Shown here: positions 28,849-37,376 of the stretch, in pieces
Numbering within the stretch: the stretch's first letter is position 1
Layout: every line of letters begins with the position of its first letter
Sequence record: OQ680139.1
From: Escherichia phage PH1062
Direction: 5' to 3' (one strand)
Length of the DNA: 49,857 nt
Translations under genes and position numbers: made by a program
Notes under the pieces: model-generated
What the model saw: the letters and a program-made list of their open reading frames with translations, nothing else
Database searches by the model: none
Told to the model about the DNA's origin: nothing

Positions 28849-29068
28849 GTGTTATTGATGCAAGTGTTCGACTTAGTTACGTTTTGCGACCTCTCGCCCC
28901 AGATATAGCTCAATGTAAAGTCTGCGTATAGTTTGTAGATAAGTATTTTTAGCAAATGGGCCCCTACATGACCTTTTATTCCTACAATGTCGTCATATTC
29001 CTACAGGTGTAGGAAAATATCATAGAAAACTATCGCAATATCACATATCCACTATCTACATTATCTAC

Positions 29069-29145
29069 ATATATATATATTAATAATAATAATATAGATA
29101 AATGGTTATTATATAAGGATATTTTAATGTAACCATGGCGTAATT
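29069..29145. repeat. AT-rich conserved block, copy 1
   Basis: (AT)n, AATAATAATAA, GATATTTTAATGTAAC and GCGTAA in the same order as at 47687-47757. Confidence 0.7.
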
Positions 29146-29410
29146 CAGCGTGATATGCGTACATGATTCCTACGGAGTGCTGGTGTGTCTACATGGCATA
29201 ACATGCATAACGCGTATGCGCTAGAAACGTGTGGCGGGAAAGTCCTACCAGGAGATCAAGGGATCAGATCTCACCCCATCATTCCCCCCATCAATGAATC
29301 ATTGCTCAATTCGCAACAATCGAAAACATCATTGCAAACGATGCAATATTGCTATATGTGCAATAGTGAAGTGAATTATTGCAATAGCTGCAACAATCCA
29401 TAAATCGAAC

Positions 29411-29456
29411 GAATAGCACTTTTTGCTAAAGACATAAATCATCATTCTGGTAATAT
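29411..29456 (+). promoter_or_regulatory. Family promoter I (rightward): element, 20 bp, TAATAT
   Basis: GAATAGCACTTTTTGCTAAA on the plus strand; first rightward-oriented copy after the AT-rich region. Confidence 0.5.
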
Positions 29457-29642
29457 GTATCTCAAGGAAGCAGTGAAGCGAACGCCAAGTAGCTACTTCC
29501 CAGAAGTCGAATCGTCCAGATGAAAAATGCTGGCGAGTGTTGAGAAAGGGCACGTTGAGTCACTTCCGAACAGGTAAACTCCTAGACACCTTCTCCGGCA
29601 GCAAAGTCTGACCGGGTTCTTCGAAAAAGCAGTGAAGGTATT

Positions 29643-29688
29643 GAATAGCACGAAATGTTAAAACAGAAGTGAAGAAAGCAGGTATAGT
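29643..29688 (+). promoter_or_regulatory. Family promoter I2 (rightward): element, 20 bp, TATAGT
   Basis: GAATAGCACGAAATGTTAAAA; 126 nt upstream of 29815. Confidence 0.5.
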
Positions 29689-29814
29689 CAGTACATAGAG
29701 AACGGGGTGGGAAGTAAAGAGCCGAACGGCCTCCTGATGGAACAGGATAACCACTAAAGCAGAGATGACATCAAAGCGAACCTCTAGCAAAGCACAGTAA
29801 ACCATTGACGAGAG

Positions 29815-30039
29815 ATGAAAATGAACCAGGATCTTAATAAAATTGCTTTCAACAATACCATCGCTGACATTGCTGCCAAGGTAGATCTATCCCGCAATCC
29901 CGTTAAGCAGATCGCTTCTGAGTGTGAGTTCTTCGCATCGCAGATTGAAGGTGACGAATACAAGAGAGTGTTTGCAGCCCTAAGTAAATGCAAAACACGC
30001 AAAGCAATGAGTATAATCATCAATAGCACGAATTGCTAA
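29815..30039 (+). CDS. Hypothetical protein
   Basis: 74 aa ending ...NSTNC, the last five codons being the family element. Confidence 0.5.
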   Translation: MKMNQDLNKIAFNNTIADIAAKVDLSRNPVKQIASECEFFASQIEGDEYKRVFAALSKCKTRKAMSIIINSTNC

Positions 30040-30066
30040 AGCCCTTCGGGGCTTTTCCTGTATATT
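30022..30066 (+). promoter_or_regulatory. Family promoter J (rightward): element, terminator-like hairpin spacer, TATATT
   Basis: AATAGCACGAATTGCTAAA; spacer GCCC-ttcg-GGGC plus TTTT; followed by CATCCCATCGAAACGAA; 36 nt to ATG 30103. Confidence 0.55.
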
Positions 30067-30102
30067 CATCCCATCGAAACGAAACACAAAAAGGCAAACA
30101 AA

Positions 30103-30456
30103 ATGACTACTACTATTACTAGAAACTGGATTAGCAACGAAAATGTACTCTATAAAGCTCGCGTTAAAAATGGCGTAGAGCAAATCAAGAAAGATGGAAA
30201 ATGGATTAACCTTGAAGAGCGCGGCAAGTACATCAAGACAAAGACCATTTACTGCACAAAGGTTAATCATCGCTCATCCATTCGTAAGTACTTCACTGAA
30301 GGGAAGCGATATCAAGTGGATCTCCATGCTGGACTTGGGCAGCGCGCTGGATACATTTACGATAAGGAGGGCAGCGCATGGCAGCTATATCGTGACGAAG
30401 ATGTTGGGTTTGTATCACTGTGTGGAACTTATCGCTGGGAAGCTCAGTACAAATAA
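30103..30456 (+). CDS. Hypothetical protein
   Basis: 117 aa. Confidence 0.6.
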   Translation: MTTTITRNWISNENVLYKARVKNGVEQIKKDGKWINLEERGKYIKTKTIYCTKVNHRSSIRKYFTEGKRYQVDLHAGLGQRAGYIYDKEGSAWQLYRDEDVGFVSLCGTYRWEAQYK

Positions 30457-30527
30457 GTAGCATTTTTTGGCAAGCGGTCTTACCATAGGTGCGTTAACAT
30501 TGGCGCACCAACTAAGGAGTTATTTTA

Positions 30528-32111
30528 ATGTTTGATTTCAACGAAGATAAATTGTCAATCGATCAGGTCATGGCTGTAGCCGCTGCCGATAACCTGCCAC
30601 CTCTACGCGTAGCAATCAACGCGAACGGGTACAGGCAAAGCCAGTCATTCTGGAAAGCCCCAACAGAGATTGACTCAGGCGGTGACAAATATCCGGTAAT
30701 TTCACTTGGTAACGATTATGATGTCGTTGGTAAACTGTCAAGCAATGCCGCTCGTTCTGTTCAGTTCCCCGAGTCGTCCGCTTACATGCATTTCCTCGGA
30801 TGCATATCAGCCGCCATGCTGGGCCGATTTACGGTTGAGTATCACGGAACACAACAGCCTACCGCGCTGTACGTCGTAACCAGTCAGCCGCCATCGACGG
30901 GTAAATCAGCCATTAACTCACTTTCGCTGGCCCCGATGATCGCAGAGACTGAGCGACTCAACGAGATCAGAAAGCGTGACCGCAAGAAGATTATGGCTAA
31001 GCTCTCCGCTCTATCCAAGGAGATGAAGCAGGAGAAATCACCATCTGATATGGCGGCTCTGTTTGAGGAGAAAGAGGAGCTTGAAGAAAAACTTGAACGA
31101 CTCTGTGACATCGTTTTCCCCGTATCCGACACCACGCCGGAAGGTCTTGCGCGAATCAACAACCGCCAGGGAAACTTTGCAGTGATCTCGGATGAAGCAA
31201 CGAGCGTGAACTCACTGTTAGGCATGACCTATGGTGACGGCTCAAAGAAAACGAACAGCGAGCTTGTGCTTAAGGCGTGGGATGCTGGTAACGTATCTAT
31301 CGCCCGTGCGAACGCAGACAATAACATGAGCTTCATTGCGATGGGCTGCATATCTGTAATTGCACAGGATGAAACAATCAACGCGATCATGAATGCTGGT
31401 GCGCGTGGTATCGGTGTGTCAGAACGTTTCTTGCTTGTGCGTGAGAAGTCATTCCTTGGCGAGCGTGTATTCGTTGACGAAAAAGGAGAATCAACATACG
31501 AGCCTATTGATGGCGGACTCAAGGCGGACTACTTCCGTCTGGTCCATGAGATCATGAGCGAACACGAAGTCAACCTGACAGTAAGCACGTCGGCGATGAA
31601 ATATCTCAACCGTGCGCGTCAGGATATGGAACCTCACCTTGCGGACGGCGGGAAGTATTCACACACAATGCTTCGCGGCGCGCTGGGTAAGTTCGATAAG
31701 CAGGCTATCAGGATCGCGGCTGTTCTTCACACTGTGCGTAACTGGTTTAATCCCAATGGCGGGAGTCCGCAGAAGTCCAGAGAGATTGAGCTTGACACAA
31801 TGCAGGAAGCGGTAATTATGTTCCAGGAACTGAGTAAGACTTATCTGTCATCTGCAAACGCTGCTGGTCATGCTGGCGACCATGCGGAGATGAATAAGCT
31901 GATCGATATTCTGATCAAGCAAGGTAAGAACGGGAAAGGCGTTGTAGGTGTACGATCCCTATATGAAGCGGCTCGCAAGGTTAAACCCTTTGAAGGGCAA
32001 AGTGGTGTAATGACTCGCATCAAAGATCACCTGATCCCTATGCTTGATGAGAAGAACTACACGTGCCTGATTGGTGATAAAATTTACATTAATCCGCGAC
32101 TGCTGGGGTAA
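30528..32111 (+). CDS. P-loop NTPase of unknown function (putative replication-associated ATPase)
   Basis: 527 aa; Walker A QPPSTGKSA, Walker B-like FAVISDEA; termini shared with 27690..28256. Confidence 0.55.
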   Translation: MFDFNEDKLSIDQVMAVAAADNLPPLRVAINANGYRQSQSFWKAPTEIDSGGDKYPVISLGNDYDVVGKLSSNAARSVQFPESSAYMHFLGCISAAMLGRFTVEYHGTQQPTALYVVTSQPPSTGKSAINSLSLAPMIAETERLNEIRKRDRKKIMAKLSALSKEMKQEKSPSDMAALFEEKEELEEKLERLCDIVFPVSDTTPEGLARINNRQGNFAVISDEATSVNSLLGMTYGDGSKKTNSELVLKAWDAGNVSIARANADNNMSFIAMGCISVIAQDETINAIMNAGARGIGVSERFLLVREKSFLGERVFVDEKGESTYEPIDGGLKADYFRLVHEIMSEHEVNLTVSTSAMKYLNRARQDMEPHLADGGKYSHTMLRGALGKFDKQAIRIAAVLHTVRNWFNPNGGSPQKSREIELDTMQEAVIMFQELSKTYLSSANAAGHAGDHAEMNKLIDILIKQGKNGKGVVGVRSLYEAARKVKPFEGQSGVMTRIKDHLIPMLDEKNYTCLIGDKIYINPRLLG

Positions 32112-32114
32112 ATT

Positions 32115-32489
32115 ATGTTCCTGCTCGACGTGTACAGGTTTTGTGAAGGCTATGAAAAGTTCAACCGTCAGCACCTGGCGGTGTTCATATACAAGCACAG
32201 GGAGTGCGAGCGTCTTGCGAAGGCCGCAGGCGTGACTCCTCGCTATTTCGCATCATCATCATCAAAGGAGTTTATTGCAAGATGTATGGCAGAAGGATAC
32301 CTTGACGGCGTGAACAACTGGTACTGGTCAAAAGGTGCGCAAAAAAGGCCATTTGAATTTCATTTCAGGTGCTATGGCGGTGAGAGCGATCGCTATACAT
32401 GGGAGATGATGAACATAGAGAAGATGAGCGATAATGAGTTATTCGGAAAGCCAGGTAGTAATCGACGCGATAATCAGATGCAGTTCTGA
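32115..32489 (+). CDS. Hypothetical protein
   Basis: 124 aa. Confidence 0.5.
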   Translation: MFLLDVYRFCEGYEKFNRQHLAVFIYKHRECERLAKAAGVTPRYFASSSSKEFIARCMAEGYLDGVNNWYWSKGAQKRPFEFHFRCYGGESDRYTWEMMNIEKMSDNELFGKPGSNRRDNQMQF

Positions 32490-32628
32490 GAATGGTATCA
32501 GTGAGGATGGGCTTAACCAAGCCCTTCTCTCAATGCTTAACTCATCCATGCGCGCCGGGCGACGTGATGAGCATACGTTGTGCAATAATGAAGGTGAATT
32601 GTTGCTGCTGGTGCAAAGATTTGGGTAA
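32434..32628 (+). CDS. Hypothetical protein (overlaps previous ORF; one of the two may be shorter)
   Basis: 64 aa ORF ending before the bidirectional terminator. Confidence 0.3.
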   Translation: MSYSESQVVIDAIIRCSSENGISEDGLNQALLSMLNSSMRAGRRDEHTLCNNEGELLLLVQRFG

Positions 32629-32661
32629 AAAAAGGGAGCCTTTCGGCTCCTTTTATTTTTT
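32627..32661. terminator. Bidirectional intrinsic terminator between the rightward operon and the lysis genes
   Basis: GGGAGCC-tttc-GGCTCC flanked by an A-run and TTTTATTTTTT. Confidence 0.7.
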
Positions 32662-33039
32662 GCGTCGTTCGAGCAAGATTGAAAAAGCAATCATCGCAAT
32701 TCCGATGAACAGGAATACCAGTCCGGCAATCAGATTACCTTTCTCATCGTTCCTGATCTCAATCTTATCAGCGATGATGGTGTCAGCCTTGATGCTTGAG
32801 GTGCTGACAGACTTCCCGTTTGACGTATCAACCTTTCCTACCTTTGAATCTTTGATAGTGGTGTCGTTGTCGTTTGACTTATCCACCTTTCCGGTAACGC
32901 CTACCGTTTGCTTCACGTTCTCAGCCCCAGCCTGCGCACTGATTTCTGGCTTGCTGCCAATTAATCCGGTCAGCGCAGATGTTGCTGAGCACCCAGATAA
33001 AGCCATGCACATTACTAACGCTGCAATCCACTTAAACAT
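32653..33039 (-). CDS. Unimolecular spanin (u-spanin), phage T1 gp11 type
   Basis: 128 aa; N-terminal lipoprotein signal with lipobox LSGC, Thr/Ser/Lys-rich periplasmic region, C-terminal transmembrane helix. Confidence 0.7.
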   Translation of the reverse strand: MFKWIAALVMCMALSGCSATSALTGLIGSKPEISAQAGAENVKQTVGVTGKVDKSNDNDTTIKDSKVGKVDTSNGKSVSTSSIKADTIIADKIEIRNDEKGNLIAGLVFLFIGIAMIAFSILLERRKK

Positions 33040-33500
33040 AACTTAATCTCCTCATTCCTGCGATTCACTAACCCCTTAACGACAACCTTCTTGCCATTAA
33101 CGGTAGCCTTTGTCCACATCCCGAGAGCCTTGCAACCCTGCTCAATCTTACCCTGGTTAATTAACTTAACGGCAGTAGATTTCCTCATCGCTGAGCCGCC
33201 AACATTGTAGCTAAAGCTGATTAAAGCCGCCCTTGTTTGCGGTGAGATTGGGTAGGTGACTGCATTCTGAACATACTTAGCATGAATCTGAATGTGCTTC
33301 TCCAGCAAGTTCCGGCACTCCCTGTTACTGTAGCTCTTGCCCCATATCACATCGGAGCCAGTAACTCCAGCGCAGACCGTAGGCACTCCAGCAATGTCCA
33401 TGTATGGCTTGTTCTCCACGCCTTCTACAAGATCAATGAGCGGTGCTGCAATGTATATTGCTGCAGCCGTCGCCGCACTAATTACAAGCTTCTGCTTCAT
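33015..33500 (-). CDS. SAR endolysin (GH24 lysozyme, phage 21 R21-like)
   Basis: 161 aa; weakly hydrophobic Ala/Gly-rich N-terminus then E-x8-D-x5-T catalytic spacing (LVEGVENKPYMDIAGVPTVCAGVTG). Confidence 0.8.
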   Translation of the reverse strand: MKQKLVISAATAAAIYIAAPLIDLVEGVENKPYMDIAGVPTVCAGVTGSDVIWGKSYSNRECRNLLEKHIQIHAKYVQNAVTYPISPQTRAALISFSYNVGGSAMRKSTAVKLINQGKIEQGCKALGMWTKATVNGKKVVVKGLVNRRNEEIKLCLSGLQR

Positions 33501-33725
33501 TTATTTACTCCTTATCTTGATTGCTGTTTTTAAGTCTCCTGATTCAAGAGCGCGCCTAATGGCCTGGCTATCCTTAAACTTCCAGTAAGCCCCCCAAGCT
33601 CCAAAAATTATCAGAGCGATAAGGCTGATTATTGCTATGGTCATTTGACCAGTCGCTGCGCCAGTCACCGCAGCTCCGCCAGTTGATGCTGTAGCAGCGT
33701 TAATTACTTCCCTCATGTGATCCAC
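33501..33725 (-). CDS. Holin (pinholin-like, two TMDs)
   Basis: 74 aa; Gly/Ala-rich TMD1, hydrophobic TMD2, basic C-terminus; directly upstream of the SAR endolysin. Confidence 0.65.
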   Translation of the reverse strand: MDHMREVINAATASTGGAAVTGAATGQMTIAIISLIALIIFGAWGAYWKFKDSQAIRRALESGDLKTAIKIRSK

Positions 33726-33795
33726 CTTTTATTTATTTGTCAATGTTTCAGTTAGTAAAAACATGATACATTAGCGCCGCTCGTAAAAGAAGCAT

Positions 33796-33821
33796 AAAAA
33801 AAGGGAGCCTAAAGGCTCCCC
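33796..33821 (-). terminator. Intrinsic terminator
   Basis: GGGGAGCC-ttta-GGCTCCC plus T7 on the minus strand. Confidence 0.6.
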
Positions 33822-33847
33822 GTTCGTAACGTTATGTTTTTAATGCG

Positions 33848-34021
33848 CTAGTCAGCAATAATAAATTCAAGCAGCGCACCATCAATCAGCGCAAAAATCC
33901 ACGTCATATCGTCGCCGTAAATCTTGTAGTTACCGTCACCTTGATACTCGGCGCTGTACGGATTGTTGACAGTGAAAGGCAGGGTTTTAGATGTGTTCTT
34001 AACGCAAAATAATTTAACCAT
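33848..34021 (-). CDS. Small hypothetical protein (~57 aa; below ORF-track cutoff)
   Basis: My translation MVKLFCVKNTSKTLPF...; AAGAGG RBS just downstream of promoter K. Confidence 0.35.
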   Translation of the reverse strand: MVKLFCVKNTSKTLPFTVNNPYSAEYQGDGNYKIYGDDMTWIFALIDGALLEFIIAD

Positions 34022-34048
34022 GATTGAATCCTCTTTGAGTGAGATATG

Positions 34049-34094
34049 AATATAGCGCCTTCCGGCGCTATAGTGTTAGGCAATTCGTGCTATC
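34049..34094 (-). promoter_or_regulatory. Family promoter K: element variant, 21 bp hairpin spacer, TATATT
   Basis: GATAGCACGAATTGCCTAA; spacer is inverted repeat TATAGCGCC-ggaa-GGCGCTATA; element overlaps the TGA stop of 34093..35235. Confidence 0.45.
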
Positions 34095-35235
34095 AGATGT
34101 CGCTCATTTCAGGACGGTAAATAAATCGACCTACTTCGCCGAACTCCTTGGAGTAGACGATTACCGCCGCCTGGCGATACGAGCGCCAACCGCCGCGCGC
34201 CGTATAGGCATCTTTCGCGCCCAACTGACCATGAACCTCATCAATGCCAAGTGTACCCTCAGTGATCGTCTGGTGATGCCAGTGCCCCGAGTGAGTGTAA
34301 ATATATTTGCTCGTACCGAACTCTTCGCGGAAGTCAGTAGCCATTGCCGCCAGTCGAGTATCTGCTTTCTTCATGGTGTGACCATGAGTGTATCCCAGCA
34401 ATGTTTTGCCCCACTTGGTACGGTGAAGAATCATAGGTGAAACATCAACCGTTACGCGCGCCTCATCTTCAAAGTATGCTGCCATTGCCGCACGAAGCCA
34501 AATCATACCCGCCTGGTCATGGTTTCCCTCAATGATCTGGATTTCGACTTCTTCGTGCTTATCCAGCATCTGCGCCACCGCGCGGCGTACGGAACGGATT
34601 GCAACGTGAACTAGCTTGGCGTATCGACTATCCTGATCCAGTACGTGACCGCTTGCAGGCGTTACTGCGTCCAGGCCATCAGAGTGAAGGAAGTCACCGC
34701 CGATTAACAGGACTGCTTTCTTAGCCTTCGGAGATACGCCGACAGAATAATCAAAGAAGTTTTTCAGTACTTTCTCTGAGATGTCGGTGCTGTAGTTCTC
34801 GCCGCATTCGTGTTTATGGGCCATCGCGCCAATGTGCAGGTCGAATACAGGATAGAGCGCCAGGAGATTCTCATCATAGTTAGTCTCACCAATGATAGGT
34901 TGAGCCGTCGCACGTGGGAGTTCGTCACAGAATGCTTCAATTGCAGCATCCATCATTGCGGCTAATTTCTCCTTGTCCCGATCGGTCTTAACCCAGCGCA
35001 CGACCTCGGAACCGTCAGCGCGAATCATGGTTGACGTGCCTTTAACCTGAAAGCCATCTGGCACGTGTACGCTTACGTGTTTATTCCCGTGGAACTCACC
35101 GCGCTTTGCCAGGCGGCTTGAGCGCTGCTCAACAGTTCGAATGTTCATCCCGTATTCCTGGGCAATCTGGCGGAGTGTTTTACCAGCTTCGCGCTCAGCA
35201 ATGAATTGTTCGTCAGTGATTTTTTGAATAGCCAT
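34093..35235 (-). CDS. Calcineurin-like metallophosphoesterase with N-terminal HTH-like domain
   Basis: 380 aa; FDLHIG, GGDFLHSDG, GNHD, GHTH and HWHH motifs. Confidence 0.6.
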   Translation of the reverse strand: MAIQKITDEQFIAEREAGKTLRQIAQEYGMNIRTVEQRSSRLAKRGEFHGNKHVSVHVPDGFQVKGTSTMIRADGSEVVRWVKTDRDKEKLAAMMDAAIEAFCDELPRATAQPIIGETNYDENLLALYPVFDLHIGAMAHKHECGENYSTDISEKVLKNFFDYSVGVSPKAKKAVLLIGGDFLHSDGLDAVTPASGHVLDQDSRYAKLVHVAIRSVRRAVAQMLDKHEEVEIQIIEGNHDQAGMIWLRAAMAAYFEDEARVTVDVSPMILHRTKWGKTLLGYTHGHTMKKADTRLAAMATDFREEFGTSKYIYTHSGHWHHQTITEGTLGIDEVHGQLGAKDAYTARGGWRSYRQAAVIVYSKEFGEVGRFIYRPEMSDI

Positions 35236-35318
35236 TTTTGTAAATCCTTATCGTGTTAGTAAGTAGATGATAATAAAACCAATTAGCGGCGGTAATAATA
35301 CAGGAATTAAGCAGCGCA

Positions 35319-35609
35319 TCAAATCTTTTTCAACCATGTTGTTAAAGTATATGGCTCAACCGCTTCACCTGCCGTCTCTGATTCGCTGGGGACCATCATA
35401 CCAGTTGACGGGCTAAAATACATCAGGCGATAACCGCCACCGCGCGAACATGGCACATCTTCGAAATCCGAAGGCAACCAGTCAGAGAAAGGGATAATTG
35501 CGAACGTCTCATCATTATTGCTACACGTGGGATAAATTCCAGCGTCAAAATCAAGCCCTGGTAAATTCACTTGTATCTCCTCGCGGCGTCTTTTGTCGCC
35601 TGAATGCAA
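35319..35609 (-). CDS. Hypothetical protein (true start may be GTG near 35573)
   Basis: 96 aa ORF; ATG start overlaps upstream gene by ~40 nt. Confidence 0.35.
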   Translation of the reverse strand: MHSGDKRRREEIQVNLPGLDFDAGIYPTCSNNDETFAIIPFSDWLPSDFEDVPCSRGGGYRLMYFSPSTGMMVPSESETAGEAVEPYTLTTWLKKI

Positions 35610-35812
35610 GCCTTGTAGTCAATCTTAACAGGAGTTGCGGGAACTCTGATTAGCTTACGAGGCCTTTCATGTATATACGTCATCTTTCCGTTGAATATGA
35701 CGCATATATCTTTAATATCGAAATACTTGGCTATAAGCGCAATATCATCACTTATTCCCGCCTCCTTGCAGTGATTCCAAACAGCCTGACGGCCTACCTC
35801 AACAGTTACCAT
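35567..35812 (-). CDS. Hypothetical protein (start moved to internal Met)
   Basis: Track ORF 35567..35950 overlaps 35799..36032; Met at MVTVEVGRQ gives a coupled start. Confidence 0.4.
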   Translation of the reverse strand: MVTVEVGRQAVWNHCKEAGISDDIALIAKYFDIKDICVIFNGKMTYIHERPRKLIRVPATPVKIDYKACIQATKDAARRYK

Positions 35813-36032
35813 AAATGTCAAAGCTCCCCGACATGGCCTGATAATCTGCGACAGGCAAATGACCATAAGCGCCCTTGAGATAAGTAACAGCAATAACCTC
35901 ATCCAGAACGCCATCCTTGCCAAGTGCCAGCGCTTCAATCGCACACTCATTAGCCAGGCGAAGCAGGTGCGGCAATAAAATATTTTTACGGTATGCCTGC
36001 TGGTTGTAAGTGCTAAAAGGTTGCTTCTTCAT
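35799..36032 (-). CDS. Hypothetical protein
   Basis: 77 aa; ~30 nt after promoter L -10. Confidence 0.5.
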   Translation of the reverse strand: MKKQPFSTYNQQAYRKNILLPHLLRLANECAIEALALGKDGVLDEVIAVTYLKGAYGHLPVADYQAMSGSFDIYGNC

Positions 36033-36062
36033 GATGATTCCTCGTCTCGTTGGTATGAAAGA

Positions 36063-36107
36063 AGTATACCCGCGCGGCGGCGGGTATGTTTAGCAATTCG
36101 TGCTATT
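36063..36107 (-). promoter_or_regulatory. Family promoter L: element, 20 bp hairpin spacer, TATACT
   Basis: AATAGCACGAATTGCTAAA; spacer ACCCGC-cgccgc-GCGGGT; element overlaps TAA stop of 36106..36342. Confidence 0.5.
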
Positions 36108-36342
36108 ACGCGAAATCCTCGGGGCAATCGCGCTTATAGTCTTCCAGATCTTTACGTATTGCACGGCTCCAGCTATTAAGTGGCTTATCTCTAATCTCTT
36201 CAAATGACATATCCAGATCTGAGAACTCCCAAGCGTCACCATTAAACCCCGATTTAGTTAGCTCCTTGCAGACGATCGCGCGGAATAAAAGATACTGACC
36301 ATTGTGGTTTAGATTAATTTTCATACCGCTCATTTTAAACAC
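36106..36342 (-). CDS. Hypothetical protein
   Basis: 78 aa. Confidence 0.5.
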   Translation of the reverse strand: MFKMSGMKINLNHNGQYLLFRAIVCKELTKSGFNGDAWEFSDLDMSFEEIRDKPLNSWSRAIRKDLEDYKRDCPEDFA

Positions 36343-37063
36343 TCCGTTTACGTGGTTTCTTACGGCTTACGCCAGGGCAAATATCAGCGACGCTAACATA
36401 TGTAGTCTTCTGCGTCTCGCCTTCTTTCAGTTTTCGCATGACAAAAATCACGCTACCTTTATTGTTGCCATCGACAGGCTTTCCTGTCAGTCCAGAGATG
36501 AAGGCCAGGCGCCCAGTCCGGCAATATTCCTGACCGTCAATCTCCGTGATGTCAGCCTCGATCCAGATGATTTCAGCCGCGTTACGTCTTGCTTCGGCAA
36601 ACCACGCCGTTGAGTTATCACCAGGAAGCAACATATCAATCTGATTGTTGTGTTCCATTTGCTCAATCGCTTTCTTCACGAAAGTATCTGGATGTGAGTA
36701 CGGAGGATTCAGCCAGATGTGCTTATTGCTACCCCACCAGATTTTGAGGCAGTTCACTTGTTCGCTGTAGAACTTTTCGCAAACAGCATTGTTAGCGCTG
36801 GCGGCGGCGTCAATGTCATACTTCCCATAACGCGACTCCATCCATGAGATCACTTCGCGGTCGGTGGCCCAAAGGTCACGAACTGCGTCAGGCGTCTTGC
36901 TTCCGGCGTATCGGTTTCCAGTTACCCGATAGAAGGTGTCCGGCTTAACCGACTGATAATGACCGTTACCAGGAACAAGCGCATTGGTAACAAAGTTTTC
37001 ACGCTCGATCTGTTCAAAGCTAACGAATGTGTCATGGGTATCTTTGTCATTTGAGTCGATCAT
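36335..37063 (-). CDS. dam: DNA N6-adenine methyltransferase (phage Dam-type)
   Basis: 242 aa; DIDAAAS (AdoMet-binding-like) and NPPY catalytic motif. Confidence 0.75.
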   Translation of the reverse strand: MIDSNDKDTHDTFVSFEQIERENFVTNALVPGNGHYQSVKPDTFYRVTGNRYAGSKTPDAVRDLWATDREVISWMESRYGKYDIDAAASANNAVCEKFYSEQVNCLKIWWGSNKHIWLNPPYSHPDTFVKKAIEQMEHNNQIDMLLPGDNSTAWFAEARRNAAEIIWIEADITEIDGQEYCRTGRLAFISGLTGKPVDGNNKGSVIFVMRKLKEGETQKTTYVSVADICPGVSRKKPRKRSV

Positions 37064-37064
37064 C

Positions 37065-37337
37065 TTATTTAACCTCGGTAACTTTGCAGTTATTCACAGC
37101 GACGAACCCGCCGACGCTAACTTTTACCTGACTTTCAGTCACGTTATAAACTGCCTTGCCTAAGAAAGTTTGCAGTTCATAGTGATCGCCTTCACGCTCA
37201 ATAACAACGCCCTTATCTGAAACAATCTGTGACTTGGTTACTGTGAAGGATTCCTTGCCGCAATCGTAAAACTTGGTATCTTCTGCGCAACCTGCCATTG
37301 CCACAACTGCCAGTAAAGCGATGATTGACTTTTTCAT
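37065..37337 (-). CDS. Putative lipoprotein
   Basis: 90 aa; signal peptide MKKSIIALLAVVAMAGC with lipobox. Confidence 0.55.
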   Translation of the reverse strand: MKKSIIALLAVVAMAGCAEDTKFYDCGKESFTVTKSQIVSDKGVVIEREGDHYELQTFLGKAVYNVTESQVKVSVGGFVAVNNCKVTEVK

Positions 37338-37376
37338 TTTGATTTCCTTGGTTGGTTACTTCGTTTCGATGAAGTG

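Noticed and set aside
29460-29560. Possible tRNA in the non-coding leader (GTCGAATCG resembles a T-loop)
   Set aside because: No acceptor-stem pairing, D-arm or anticodon arm could be drawn; the resemblance is a short chance match.
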